41,578 nucleotides of DNA from Candidatus Rokuibacteriota bacterium (lineage in GTDB: Bacteria > Methylomirabilota > Methylomirabilia > Rokubacteriales > CSP1-6): positions 1-41,578 of the forward strand of contig QHSV01000252.1 of NCBI GenBank assembly GCA_003221655.1, given 5' to 3'. Made by a program: the position numbers and the translations under genes. Numbering within the stretch: position 1 is the stretch's first letter; every line of letters begins with the position of its first letter. A model generated the notes under the pieces. It made no database searches. It had not been told where the DNA came from and saw only the letters and a program-made list of their open reading frames with translations. Shown here piece by piece: positions 26,385 through 34,905 of the stretch.

Positions 26385-27139
26385 CGGAAGTCGACGGCAC
26401 ACCGAACGGATGGCTGCTCCTGACGAGAGGCCTGACCAAGCGGTTCGGCGGCCTCGTGGCCGTCGACCGTCTTCCGCTCGCCATCCGCGCCGGCGAGGTC
26501 CGCGGCCTCATCGGTCCCAACGGCTCGGGCAAGACGACCACGGTCAACTTGCTCTCGGGCCTGTACCGTGCTGACGCGGGCGAGATCCGGCTGCGCGGCG
26601 AGCGAATCGACCGCCTGCGGCCGCACGAGATCACGGCGCGCGGCGTGGCCAGGACGTTCCAGACCCCGAAGCTCTTCGGCAACATGACGGTGCTGGAGAA
26701 TGTCCTGCTTCCGGCCCTGGCGGAGCTCGACCGGGGTGGCCACCGCCCGAGGCCGAAGATCCTCGAACGCGCGCGGGCGCTCCTGGAGTTCGTGACGCTG
26801 GATCCGCAGCGACACGCGATGGCCAAGGAACTGTCGGGCGGCCAGAGCATGTTGCTGCAGATCGCGCGGGGCCTCATGGTGAGCCCGATCCATCTCTTTC
26901 TCATGGACGAGCCCTTTGCCGGCGTGCACCCCACGATCAAGGACACGATCATGGAGACGATCCTCCGCATGAACCAGGAGGAGGGCGTGACGTTCTTGAT
27001 CGTGTCCCATGAGATGGCGACGCTGCGCCGGCTGTGCCTGCGGGTCTCGGTCATGCACGAGGGCCAGCTCATCGCCGAGGGATCGTTCGAGGAGATCGCC
27101 AACCACGCCGCGGTGCTCGAAGCCTACCTGGGGCGGTAG
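26381..27139 (+). CDS. Branched-chain amino acid-type ABC ATPase (LivG-like)
   Basis: GTGA overlap start; KRFGGL, GPNGSGKTT, RTFQ, LSGGQ, MDEP, EAYLG. Confidence 0.9.
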   Translation: MTEVDGTPNGWLLLTRGLTKRFGGLVAVDRLPLAIRAGEVRGLIGPNGSGKTTTVNLLSGLYRADAGEIRLRGERIDRLRPHEITARGVARTFQTPKLFGNMTVLENVLLPALAELDRGGHRPRPKILERARALLEFVTLDPQRHAMAKELSGGQSMLLQIARGLMVSPIHLFLMDEPFAGVHPTIKDTIMETILRMNQEEGVTFLIVSHEMATLRRLCLRVSVMHEGQLIAEGSFEEIANHAAVLEAYLGR

Positions 27140-27862
27140 GTGGCGCTCCTCGAGCTTCACGGGATCGTCGCGGGCTACGTCGACGGCATCGACATCCTCA
27201 GCGACGTCCACCTTGGCGTCGCCCGGGGCACGGTGACCGGCATCATCGGGCCGAACGGGGCGGGGAAGTCGACGCTGCTGAAGACGGTGTTCGGATTTCT
27301 CCATCCGAGACAGGGCCGGATCGTGTTCGACGGGCGTGAGGTCGGGCACCTGGCGCCTCACGCGCTGAAGCGGCTGGGGATCGGTTACGTGGCGCAGGGC
27401 GCGAACATCTTTCCCCAGCTCACGGTGCAGGAGAATCTCCAGATCGGGACCTGGGTCTTCCGCCACGACCGGACCCGCGTTGCCTCGATGCTCGAGCGCG
27501 CCTACACCGCCTTCCCGCGGCTCCGCGACAAGCGCCGGCTCCGCGCCACGGTGCTCTCCGGCGGAGAAGCGAAGATGCTCTCTGTCGCCAAGGAGCTCGT
27601 GACCGACCCGAGCCTGCTGCTGGTCGACGAGCCGTCGGCGGGCCTGGCGCCGCGGATCGCCGAGCAGGTCTACGACCGGCTCCGCGAGGTCCAGGCCGCC
27701 GGGGTGACGATCCTCCTGGTCGATCAGAACATCACGAAGGCGGTCGAGATCTCCGACTATCTCTACATGCTCGAGATCGGCCGCGTGCGCCGCGAAGGCC
27801 CGCGTCAGGCCTTCGCCGATCAGCTCCGCGAGATCATCCGCGACGCGCTCCTCGGAGCCTGA
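27140..27862 (+). CDS. Branched-chain amino acid-type ABC ATPase (LivF-like)
   Basis: GPNGAGKST, LSGGE, DEPSAGLAP. Confidence 0.9.
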   Translation: MALLELHGIVAGYVDGIDILSDVHLGVARGTVTGIIGPNGAGKSTLLKTVFGFLHPRQGRIVFDGREVGHLAPHALKRLGIGYVAQGANIFPQLTVQENLQIGTWVFRHDRTRVASMLERAYTAFPRLRDKRRLRATVLSGGEAKMLSVAKELVTDPSLLLVDEPSAGLAPRIAEQVYDRLREVQAAGVTILLVDQNITKAVEISDYLYMLEIGRVRREGPRQAFADQLREIIRDALLGA

Positions 27863-28839
27863 GACTGCGGCGTCTGGGCCGCCGCCTCGGCTGGTGCGTC
27901 CTCGCGTACGCGGCGCTCGCGTGGCTCCCGCTGGCCGCGTCCGAGTACCACACCCACGTCCTGGCCACGAGTCTCTACTATGTCATCCTCGCCATCGGCT
28001 GGAACCTGCTCGCCGGGTACACCGGGCAGTTCTCGCTGGCGCACCATACGTTCGCGGGCATCGGCGCCTACACGTCGGCCTTGCTCGTCCTGTACGCGCG
28101 CGTGCCGATCCTCGTGGGCATCGCCGCCGGGGCGCTCGTCGCGGCCGCGATCGGCTACGGGCTGGGCACGCTCTGCCTGCGGATGCGCGCGATCTACCTG
28201 GCGCTCGCCACCTGGGCCTTCGCGGAGTCGATGCGGCTTCTCATCACGGTCGAGTACGAGATCACGCGGGGGGACCTCGGCCTGGCCACACCGTTTCTCT
28301 TCGCGACGCCGCGCCCGACCGCCTACTACTACCTCTTTCTCGCCCTGACGCTGGCGGTGATCCTGGCGGCCCGGGAGATCGTCGACTCCCGGATCGGCTC
28401 GTACATGCGCGCCATCCGCGACGACGAGGAAGCGGCCGCCGTCATGGGCGTGGACACCTTCAAGTGGAAGCGGTTCGTCTTCGCCGCCTCGGCCGTCTTC
28501 GCCGCGGTCGCCGGCGGATTCCAGGGCCACTACGTGGGCCTGCTGTCGCCGACACCGATGAAGTTCAACGAGATGGCGATGGTGATCGTCATGGTCATCG
28601 TCGGTGGACTCCGGACCTTCGCGGGGCCCATCCTGGGCGCGGTGTTCATCGAGGTGCTGTCGGAGGCGCTGCGGGCCTGGGGCGAGATCCGCATGGTGCT
28701 CTTCGCGCTGCTCGTGATCGTCATCGCTCGCGGCTACCCGGAAGGCCTCGCGGGAATCTCTCGAGCGCTGGCGAGGCGACTGGCCTCGCGGATCCCGGCC
28801 CTGGGGCCGGTCCTCATGCCCCGGCGCCAATCCGACTAG
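27859..28839 (+). CDS. ABC permease (LivM-like), probable CTG start
   Basis: The frame of the 28081 ORF extends upstream through GWNLLAGYTGQFSLAH to CTG at 27859/27865; AIRDDE, IVGG, GPILGA. Confidence 0.85.
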   Translation: MRLRRLGRRLGWCVLAYAALAWLPLAASEYHTHVLATSLYYVILAIGWNLLAGYTGQFSLAHHTFAGIGAYTSALLVLYARVPILVGIAAGALVAAAIGYGLGTLCLRMRAIYLALATWAFAESMRLLITVEYEITRGDLGLATPFLFATPRPTAYYYLFLALTLAVILAAREIVDSRIGSYMRAIRDDEEAAAVMGVDTFKWKRFVFAASAVFAAVAGGFQGHYVGLLSPTPMKFNEMAMVIVMVIVGGLRTFAGPILGAVFIEVLSEALRAWGEIRMVLFALLVIVIARGYPEGLAGISRALARRLASRIPALGPVLMPRRQSD

Positions 28840-28959
28840 TGCCGTGTCCCATGTTCGACCCCTGGAAGGGGGCAGCGAGATGACTGTCACACGGAACGCG
28901 TTCGACGATCGCACCGCACAGGTCGGCATGGCGGGGTCTTCACGAACTGGTTTCAGCAC

Positions 28960-29079
28960 CTCCGCTTCGTAGACCCAGCGCGCCAGGCGCCCGTGACGCG
29001 TGAGCTGACGCGCAAGGAATTGCGCCGTCGTCGACTTGCCGGCGCCGGGGAAGCCCTCGACGAAGATCAGGCGGCCCAC
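28960..29079 (-). pseudogene. N-terminal fragment of a P-loop nucleotide-kinase-like gene
   Basis: GRLIFVEGFPGAGKSTTAQFLA...WVYEAE with GGAG upstream; plausibility ends after about 40 codons. Confidence 0.6.
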
Positions 29080-29094
29080 CGCGCGCTCCGAGAG

Positions 29095-29985
29095 CTACAC
29101 GCTCCGCTCGCGCTCGCCGAAGAGCCCGGTGGGCCGGAAGACGAGCAGCGCGATGAGCAACAGAAAGCCGTAGAGGTCCTTGTAGGCGGCCGAAAGGAAG
29201 ACCGACCCCAGCGCCTCGATCACGCCGAGCAGCACGCCGCCGACGATGCTGCCGAGGACCGAGCCCAGCCCGCCGATGACGATGATCTCGAAGCCCTTGA
29301 AGGTCGAGATGGCGCCGTTCTCCGGGTAGACGAGGAAGTCGGGCGCCAGCAGCGCGCCGGCCGCGGCCGCCAGCGCCACGCCGACGCCGAACGCCAGCAT
29401 GTCCAGGCGGAGCACGTCGATCCCGGCGGTCTGGATGCCGACGCGATTCTGGGCGGCGCCGCGAAGCGCGCGCCCCACCCACGTCTTCTTGATCACGAGA
29501 TAGAAGAGGGCGAGGAGAACGAGCGTGCCGACCAGCGCCACGAAGCGGTTGCCCGAGATGGGCAGCGTCCCGAGCGTCATGGGGCGGGCGTAGTCGGGTG
29601 GCGCGTACTGGTTCGGCCCACCGAGGACGATGGCCAGGTTCCGGAAGAGGACCATGAGGGCGATGGTGATGATCGTCGCGTACTCGTCGCGCCGCTCGAT
29701 GCCGCCCACGAACATCGGTCGCAGGAGAAATCGCTGGACGACCAGCCCGAGGAGGAAGACGGCTCCCATCGCCAGCGGAAGCGCCAAATACCAGCGCCGG
29801 GGGCCCAGCAGGGTCGCGATCAGCGCGTACTGCACGTAGCTGCCGATCATGTAGAACTCGCCCATCCCCCAGTTGATCATCTTCATGATGCTGTAGATGA
29901 AGGTGATCCCGAGGGCCATCAGGCTGTAGATCACACCGATGACCACGCCCGAGAGGACGTACTGGGACAGGATGAACGCGTCCAA
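29095..29985 (-). CDS. ABC permease (LivH-like)
   Basis: IYSLMALGITFIY, INWGMGE, GRALRG, IGGLGS, FRPTGLFG. Confidence 0.9.
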   Translation of the reverse strand: MDAFILSQYVLSGVVIGVIYSLMALGITFIYSIMKMINWGMGEFYMIGSYVQYALIATLLGPRRWYLALPLAMGAVFLLGLVVQRFLLRPMFVGGIERRDEYATIITIALMVLFRNLAIVLGGPNQYAPPDYARPMTLGTLPISGNRFVALVGTLVLLALFYLVIKKTWVGRALRGAAQNRVGIQTAGIDVLRLDMLAFGVGVALAAAAGALLAPDFLVYPENGAISTFKGFEIIVIGGLGSVLGSIVGGVLLGVIEALGSVFLSAAYKDLYGFLLLIALLVFRPTGLFGERERSV

Positions 29986-30003
29986 CGCGGGGCGCCTGCG
30001 TCC

Positions 30004-31212
30004 TCAGCGCTTCGGTACCGCCATCCAATCGCCCGTCTTGAGCTCGGTCGGATAGACGATCTTGACGTCCGCGAACGGCATCTCGGGCTTCGTGTATTGG
30101 GTCACGAGCATCGGCGGCGTCCACTGCTGCCAGTACGGACCCTCGCCTCGCGAGAAGCTGATCGTGCCGTTCCAGCCCTCGAACTTCCCGGCCAGGAGCG
30201 CCTTGACCAGCTCGTCGCTGTTGTCGCTCTTGGCCGCGTTCAGCGCGTCGGCCAGCAGGACCACCTGGGAGTACGCGTTGAGGGCTCCGTAGATCGGGTC
30301 CTCCTTGAAGTCGGCCATGTACTTCTTGCGGAAGGCCTCGCCCCGGGCGGTCAGCTTCATCGTCGGGTGGTAGTACACGATGAAGGAGGCCCACGTGCCC
30401 TTCTCGCCCAGAGTCTTCCAGTACTCGGGTCGCGCGGGCGCGTCGTAGGAGATGAGCATCGGCACCGCGGGGTGGAGCCCCACGTCGTAGGCCTGCTTGA
30501 TGATCAGGTACATCGGCGTGCCGATGCCACCGTTGAGGAGGACGTCCGGCTTCCAGTTCTTGATCTCCAGGAGCTGCGGGGTGAGATCGACCACCGCTCG
30601 ATCGAAGATGATCGTCTTCAGCTCGGCGCCCGGATACATCGACGCGAAAGCCTTCTTGGTCTCGTCGACCAGGCCCACGCCGTAGTCCGTGTTCTCCGTG
30701 ATCAGCGCAGCCCGCTTGAAGCCCCGTTCCTTGACCCAGCGGGTCCACATTTGACAGCGATCGGGGTCGATCACGTGAGTGCGGAAGGTGTAGTTCAGGT
30801 GCTTCTCGGTGATCTGCCGCGCCGACGCCTGGGTGGAGAAGACCGGGACCTTGAACTGTTCGGCGAGCGCCTGCACCGCCGTCATCACCGAGCTGTGGAA
30901 CTGGCCGACGACCGCCACCGCCTGGTCCTGGCTCGCGAGCTTGCGGAACCCGGCCCCACCCTTCTCCGGCGTGCCCGCGTCGTCTTCGACCACCAGCTCG
31001 ATCTTCCGCCCGCCGAGGACGCCGCCCCGCGCGTTGACGTCCTCGGCACCCATCTTGGCGCCGCGGACGATGAACTGCCCGGCGGCCGCGTCACCGGGTG
31101 GAGAGAGCGGCGTGAGAACGCCGATCTTCACCGGCTTCTGGGCGAGGGCGGGCGCGGTGAGTCCGATAACGAGCAACGCGGCCAGCAGAGCAGTCCGAAC
31201 TCGTCCGATCAT
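30004..31212 (-). CDS. ABC substrate-binding protein (LivK-like)
   Basis: Signal peptide, VKIGVLTPLS, NARGGVLG, EDD, ENTDYG. Confidence 0.9.
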   Translation of the reverse strand: MIGRVRTALLAALLVIGLTAPALAQKPVKIGVLTPLSPPGDAAAGQFIVRGAKMGAEDVNARGGVLGGRKIELVVEDDAGTPEKGGAGFRKLASQDQAVAVVGQFHSSVMTAVQALAEQFKVPVFSTQASARQITEKHLNYTFRTHVIDPDRCQMWTRWVKERGFKRAALITENTDYGVGLVDETKKAFASMYPGAELKTIIFDRAVVDLTPQLLEIKNWKPDVLLNGGIGTPMYLIIKQAYDVGLHPAVPMLISYDAPARPEYWKTLGEKGTWASFIVYYHPTMKLTARGEAFRKKYMADFKEDPIYGALNAYSQVVLLADALNAAKSDNSDELVKALLAGKFEGWNGTISFSRGEGPYWQQWTPPMLVTQYTKPEMPFADVKIVYPTELKTGDWMAVPKR

Positions 31213-31257
31213 CGCGATCCTCCACTGAAAGGCCTGTGTGCGGAGCCGAGCGGCCTC

Positions 31258-31286
31258 ATGCTATGCGGGCGGTCGGTCAGCGTCAA
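31258..31286 (-). promoter_or_regulatory. Sigma70-type promoter for the livK-livH unit
   Basis: TTGACG-17 nt-TAGCAT on the minus strand, 45 nt upstream of the start. Confidence 0.6.
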
Positions 31287-31473
31287 CCGCCTTCCCCAGT
31301 CCACCTGACGCGTCGTCCGGCCGTGCTAGAGTGCCCGCAGCGCTGCGGTCGGGAGGCCGTGTATGTATCAGAACATCCTGTGGGAGCAGAAGGACCGAAG
31401 TGCCGCGCGCCGCCGGCCCCAGGCCGATAATGGCCGACGCGCTAGACTGCACCATCAACCTCTCAGGGGTCTC

Positions 31474-32571
31474 GTGCACGTTCGGCTTCTGATTGTCGCG
31501 CTAACGATCATGAGCGCGCTCGGCCTCGGATCCGAGAGGGCGTCTGCGCAGGATGTCCGAACAGTGTATGCCCCGATGGCGTTTCACGCCGAAGCTGGCC
31601 ATTTGCGGACGACAGCCTGCCTGCAATTGGCGGAACGCGTGTATCCCGCGAGCGCGTGGTGGGAGACGGGGTCCGGCACCGGGGGTGAACCCGAGCGCAC
31701 GTTCCGGTCCGTTATTGTTGCCATTAAACAGAAGGATCGAGGTGCGTTGCTCAAGCTGACGGATACGGCCCAGGCCAGAGATTCGGCGCAGTTCGACAGG
31801 CAGGCCGATGCCTTCTTTGAGCAATTCCAGTCGATTCAGCTCCTCGCCGTGCCACGTGCGTACGAGTTCGATGGCCTGGTGGCCTTTCTCGGCAAGTTCC
31901 AATCCACGCGTCAGACGGCATTCGTGCCGCTCGTATTTGCGCACGACGGCGAAGACACGTTCAGGTTTTTGCCGTCGCGCACTAACAAGGCAAGCTTTAG
32001 GATCGTCACGGACTGGTTTGCTCCCTCAGGTGCGGCTCCCACCGAGACGCCCTCGTACTGCACGGATGCTGACATCAAGCGGGCGACGCATCGAGTGTCG
32101 CTTGTGCCTTCGACATGGCGACCGAGTGCTCTCCTGCTGACGGGCGCTCCGCTCGACGCGAGGGGACCGTTGTCCGCTGTCACCGCTCGGGTGAAAGCGA
32201 CGATCGATCGAATGAAAGCCGCGCTTCGCGTCGGGGATGTCGATGCGTTCGCCAACGACATGACGCCGGAAGGCGGAGGTCGTTTGAAGCAGTGGTTCGC
32301 CACTGCGCCCCAGAACGAGCGCGACCACTACAAAACGGCGTTCGTCGAGCAGCAGCCGTTTTTCGTGTTCGATGAGTCGCCCTTGCTCGTCGTCTACGTC
32401 AGAACGGCTCAGCGCGACGTGCAGGTGCTCTATTTCACGGTCGCACCCGACAAGCGACTGCTGTGGACGAACGCATCGCACCTCACCACGTCGGATGGGG
32501 TGTTCAAGCAAGGCCCGCTGTTCGCCGCGGCCGGGTCGACCAAGCCGTTCAGCAGTCTGGCGATCAAATGA
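31474..32571 (+). CDS. Hypothetical exported protein with atypical codon usage
   Basis: GTG at 31474 after AGGGGT; signal peptide ending ASA-Q; many A/T-ending codons; the open frame extends back to ATG 31363. Confidence 0.75.
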   Translation: MHVRLLIVALTIMSALGLGSERASAQDVRTVYAPMAFHAEAGHLRTTACLQLAERVYPASAWWETGSGTGGEPERTFRSVIVAIKQKDRGALLKLTDTAQARDSAQFDRQADAFFEQFQSIQLLAVPRAYEFDGLVAFLGKFQSTRQTAFVPLVFAHDGEDTFRFLPSRTNKASFRIVTDWFAPSGAAPTETPSYCTDADIKRATHRVSLVPSTWRPSALLLTGAPLDARGPLSAVTARVKATIDRMKAALRVGDVDAFANDMTPEGGGRLKQWFATAPQNERDHYKTAFVEQQPFFVFDESPLLVVYVRTAQRDVQVLYFTVAPDKRLLWTNASHLTTSDGVFKQGPLFAAAGSTKPFSSLAIK

Positions 32572-32646
32572 GCACCCGTCGGCGCCGAATCATTGTGTGT
32601 CAACAGCGCCCGACCTGCCTTTCACCCGGGCATCCGGCCGCGCGCA

Positions 32647-33276
32647 TCAGAGCTTCGGGATGCGGATCGTCTTGCTGATCATCAGCGAGCCCGAGAGCGC
32701 CCAGAGCAGGGTCAGCGGATGAAGGTGCCCGGGGCCCACGCTGACGGCGCCGAACGGGAGCGCGTCGCCGACGCGCTCGAGCCAGACTGACGCCGCGACG
32801 ACAGCGACCAGGACGAGACTCGAGGTGATGGGCGTGCCCTCGAAGTACTTGACCTTGTCCGCGCCCGCGGACAGCCGTTCGGCCGTGACGTTGAAGCGGG
32901 CCAGACGGCTGACGCCGCAAGCGACGAAGTAAACCAGGATGGCGATGTCCCACAGGCCCGTCATGCCGGCGCCGTATGCGATCGCCGCGGGTGCGACGCC
33001 GAACGAGATGACGTCGGCCAGAGAGTCGAGCTCGCGCCCCATGTCCGAGTGCTTTCGACGTGAGCGGGCGACTCGCCCGTCCAGGGCGTCGAAGACGAGC
33101 GCCAGCGGGATCAGCGCCGCCGCCGCCAGGAGGCGCCGGAGATCGCGGGTCTCGACGTAGGCCATGACGGCGAAGATGGCGATCACGCCGCACGCGGCGT
33201 TTCCCAACGTGAGAAAGTCGGCGAGGTGGAACCCGCGGATCATCGAGAGGTGCCGGGCCGGTTCAGATGGGCTCAT
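32647..33276 (-). CDS. pssA: CDP-diacylglycerol--serine O-phosphatidyltransferase
   Basis: DALDGRVAR, GRELDSLADVISFGVAP, RLARFN, YFEGTP. Confidence 0.88.
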   Translation of the reverse strand: MSPSEPARHLSMIRGFHLADFLTLGNAACGVIAIFAVMAYVETRDLRRLLAAAALIPLALVFDALDGRVARSRRKHSDMGRELDSLADVISFGVAPAAIAYGAGMTGLWDIAILVYFVACGVSRLARFNVTAERLSAGADKVKYFEGTPITSSLVLVAVVAASVWLERVGDALPFGAVSVGPGHLHPLTLLWALSGSLMISKTIRIPKL

Positions 33277-33311
33277 GGGGCTCGTCGGCCAGATGCTATC
33301 ATCGTCATCCC

Positions 33312-34331
33312 TTGGATACGGTTCAGGACCCGAGAGAGCTCATCGAGGCCTACTACAGCGCCGGCTGGACCGACGGCCTGCCGGTGGTGCCGCCGAGCGA
33401 CGCGTCGATCGAGGAGATGCTGGCTGCCGGCGGCCTGCGCGGCGACGAGGTTATCGGCGAGGTCGCCGGGCGCAACACCGTGGTCGTGGCCGACAAGGTG
33501 GCGATCAACGCGGTCATGGCGGGCTGCCGCCCGGAGTACCTGCCGGTCGTCGTCGCCGCCATCAAAGGGCTCTGCCATCCGGACTTCGCCTACCATGGGC
33601 CGGCCAGCAGCACCGGGGGATCGGCAATGGTGCTCGTCGTCAACGGCCCGGTGGCGCGCCGGCTGGCGATCAATAGCGGCAACAATGCGTTCGGCCAGGG
33701 CCACCGCCCGAACGCGACGATCGGGCGCGCGGTGCGGCTGATCATGATGAATGTGATGAACACGCGGCCGGGCCTGCTCGACCGCGCGACGTTCGGGAAT
33801 CCCGGGAAGTACTCGTTCTGCTTCGCCGAGCACGAGGACGACCCTCCGTGGGAGCCGCTGCACGTGGCGCGCGGCTTGCGCGCGGAGGACAGCGCCGTCA
33901 CCGTGTACGCGTCGAACAGCCTGTACCAGGTCTATAACCAGCTGGCGGCGGCGCCGGAGCCGTTGCTCCTGGGCTTCGCCGATGCGCTCTGCAATCTCGG
34001 TGTGCCCAACGTGAAGGGCTTCAACCAGGCGCTCGTCGTCTTCGCCGGGGAGCACGCCGAGGTCCTGCGCCGCGCCGGCTGGAGCCGCGCGCAGGTGCAG
34101 CAGTTCGTGATCGAGCACGCGTGCCGGCGCGTCGCCGACTTCAAGCGCGCAGCGCGCCTGCCGGGGGCCGTGGAGGCGGCCGACGAGACGACGTGGCGCC
34201 ATCTGTTCGAGCGGCCCGAGGACATCCTCATCGCCTGCGCCGGCGGCCGGGCGGGGAGCTGGTCGGCGTGCCTGCCGGGCTGGGGCAACAAGTGGACGCG
34301 TGCCGTGACCATGCGAGTCGAGACATCGTGA
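33312..34331 (+). CDS. Conserved protein of unknown function, partner of the UGSC protein
   Basis: GWTDGLPVVPPS, KVAINAVMAGCRPEY, VNGP, NATIGRA, GNPGKY, PWEPLH; probable TTG start at 33312 (33267 would overlap pssA). Confidence 0.8.
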   Translation: MDTVQDPRELIEAYYSAGWTDGLPVVPPSDASIEEMLAAGGLRGDEVIGEVAGRNTVVVADKVAINAVMAGCRPEYLPVVVAAIKGLCHPDFAYHGPASSTGGSAMVLVVNGPVARRLAINSGNNAFGQGHRPNATIGRAVRLIMMNVMNTRPGLLDRATFGNPGKYSFCFAEHEDDPPWEPLHVARGLRAEDSAVTVYASNSLYQVYNQLAAAPEPLLLGFADALCNLGVPNVKGFNQALVVFAGEHAEVLRRAGWSRAQVQQFVIEHACRRVADFKRAARLPGAVEAADETTWRHLFERPEDILIACAGGRAGSWSACLPGWGNKWTRAVTMRVETS

Positions 34332-34339
34332 GGGATGAC

Positions 34340-34858
34340 ATGAAGCTCTTCGATCCGACGTCCGGACCCGTGCAGCGCGCGGTCGAGGTCGCCCAGCGGC
34401 CCGCGAGCCTGAAGGGATTGCGCCTGGGCCTCGTGGACAACACGAAGTTCAACTCGGACACGCTGCTGCGGAAGCTCGCGGAGCGCCTGGCCCGCCGCCA
34501 CGGAATGACCGTGGCCGTCACCAATCGCAAGCGCTCGCCCAGCCACGAGATCGACGAGGCCGCCATCCGCGCGCTGCGAAGCCAGGCGGATCTGGTCGTC
34601 TCGGGCATCGGCGACTGAGGGTCTTGCAGCTCGAGCAGTGTGCTCGACGCGATCCTGATGGAGCAGCAGGGAGTGCCGGCGGTGGCGATCGTCACCACGC
34701 CCTTCCGTACCACCGGCGAAGCCATGGCGACGAGCTGGGGCAAGCCCGGCTACCCGTTCGTGCACACGCCGCACCCGATCGCCAATCTCACGGAGAACGA
34801 TCTGGAGGCGCGGGCCGACGAGCTCGCGGACGCCGTCGAGCGCTGCCTGCGCTCGTAG
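34340..34858 (+). CDS. UGSC-family selenoprotein (Sec at TGA 34616-34618)
   Basis: ORFs ending at 34618 and starting at 34640 are in the same frame; read-through gives SGIGD-U-GSCSSSSVLDA; hairpin directly downstream; alternative GTG start at 34328. Confidence 0.88.
34619..34655 (+). promoter_or_regulatory. Putative bacterial SECIS element
   Basis: Stem TCGAGCA/TGCTCGA (34631-37 / 34641-47) with GTG loop 19 nt after the TGA; lower pairing GGGTC/GATCC. Confidence 0.7.
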
Positions 34859-34905
34859 GCGTCGCTCGCGAACCGCGAGCCGGACCGGGCGGGGAAACAC
34901 CAGCG

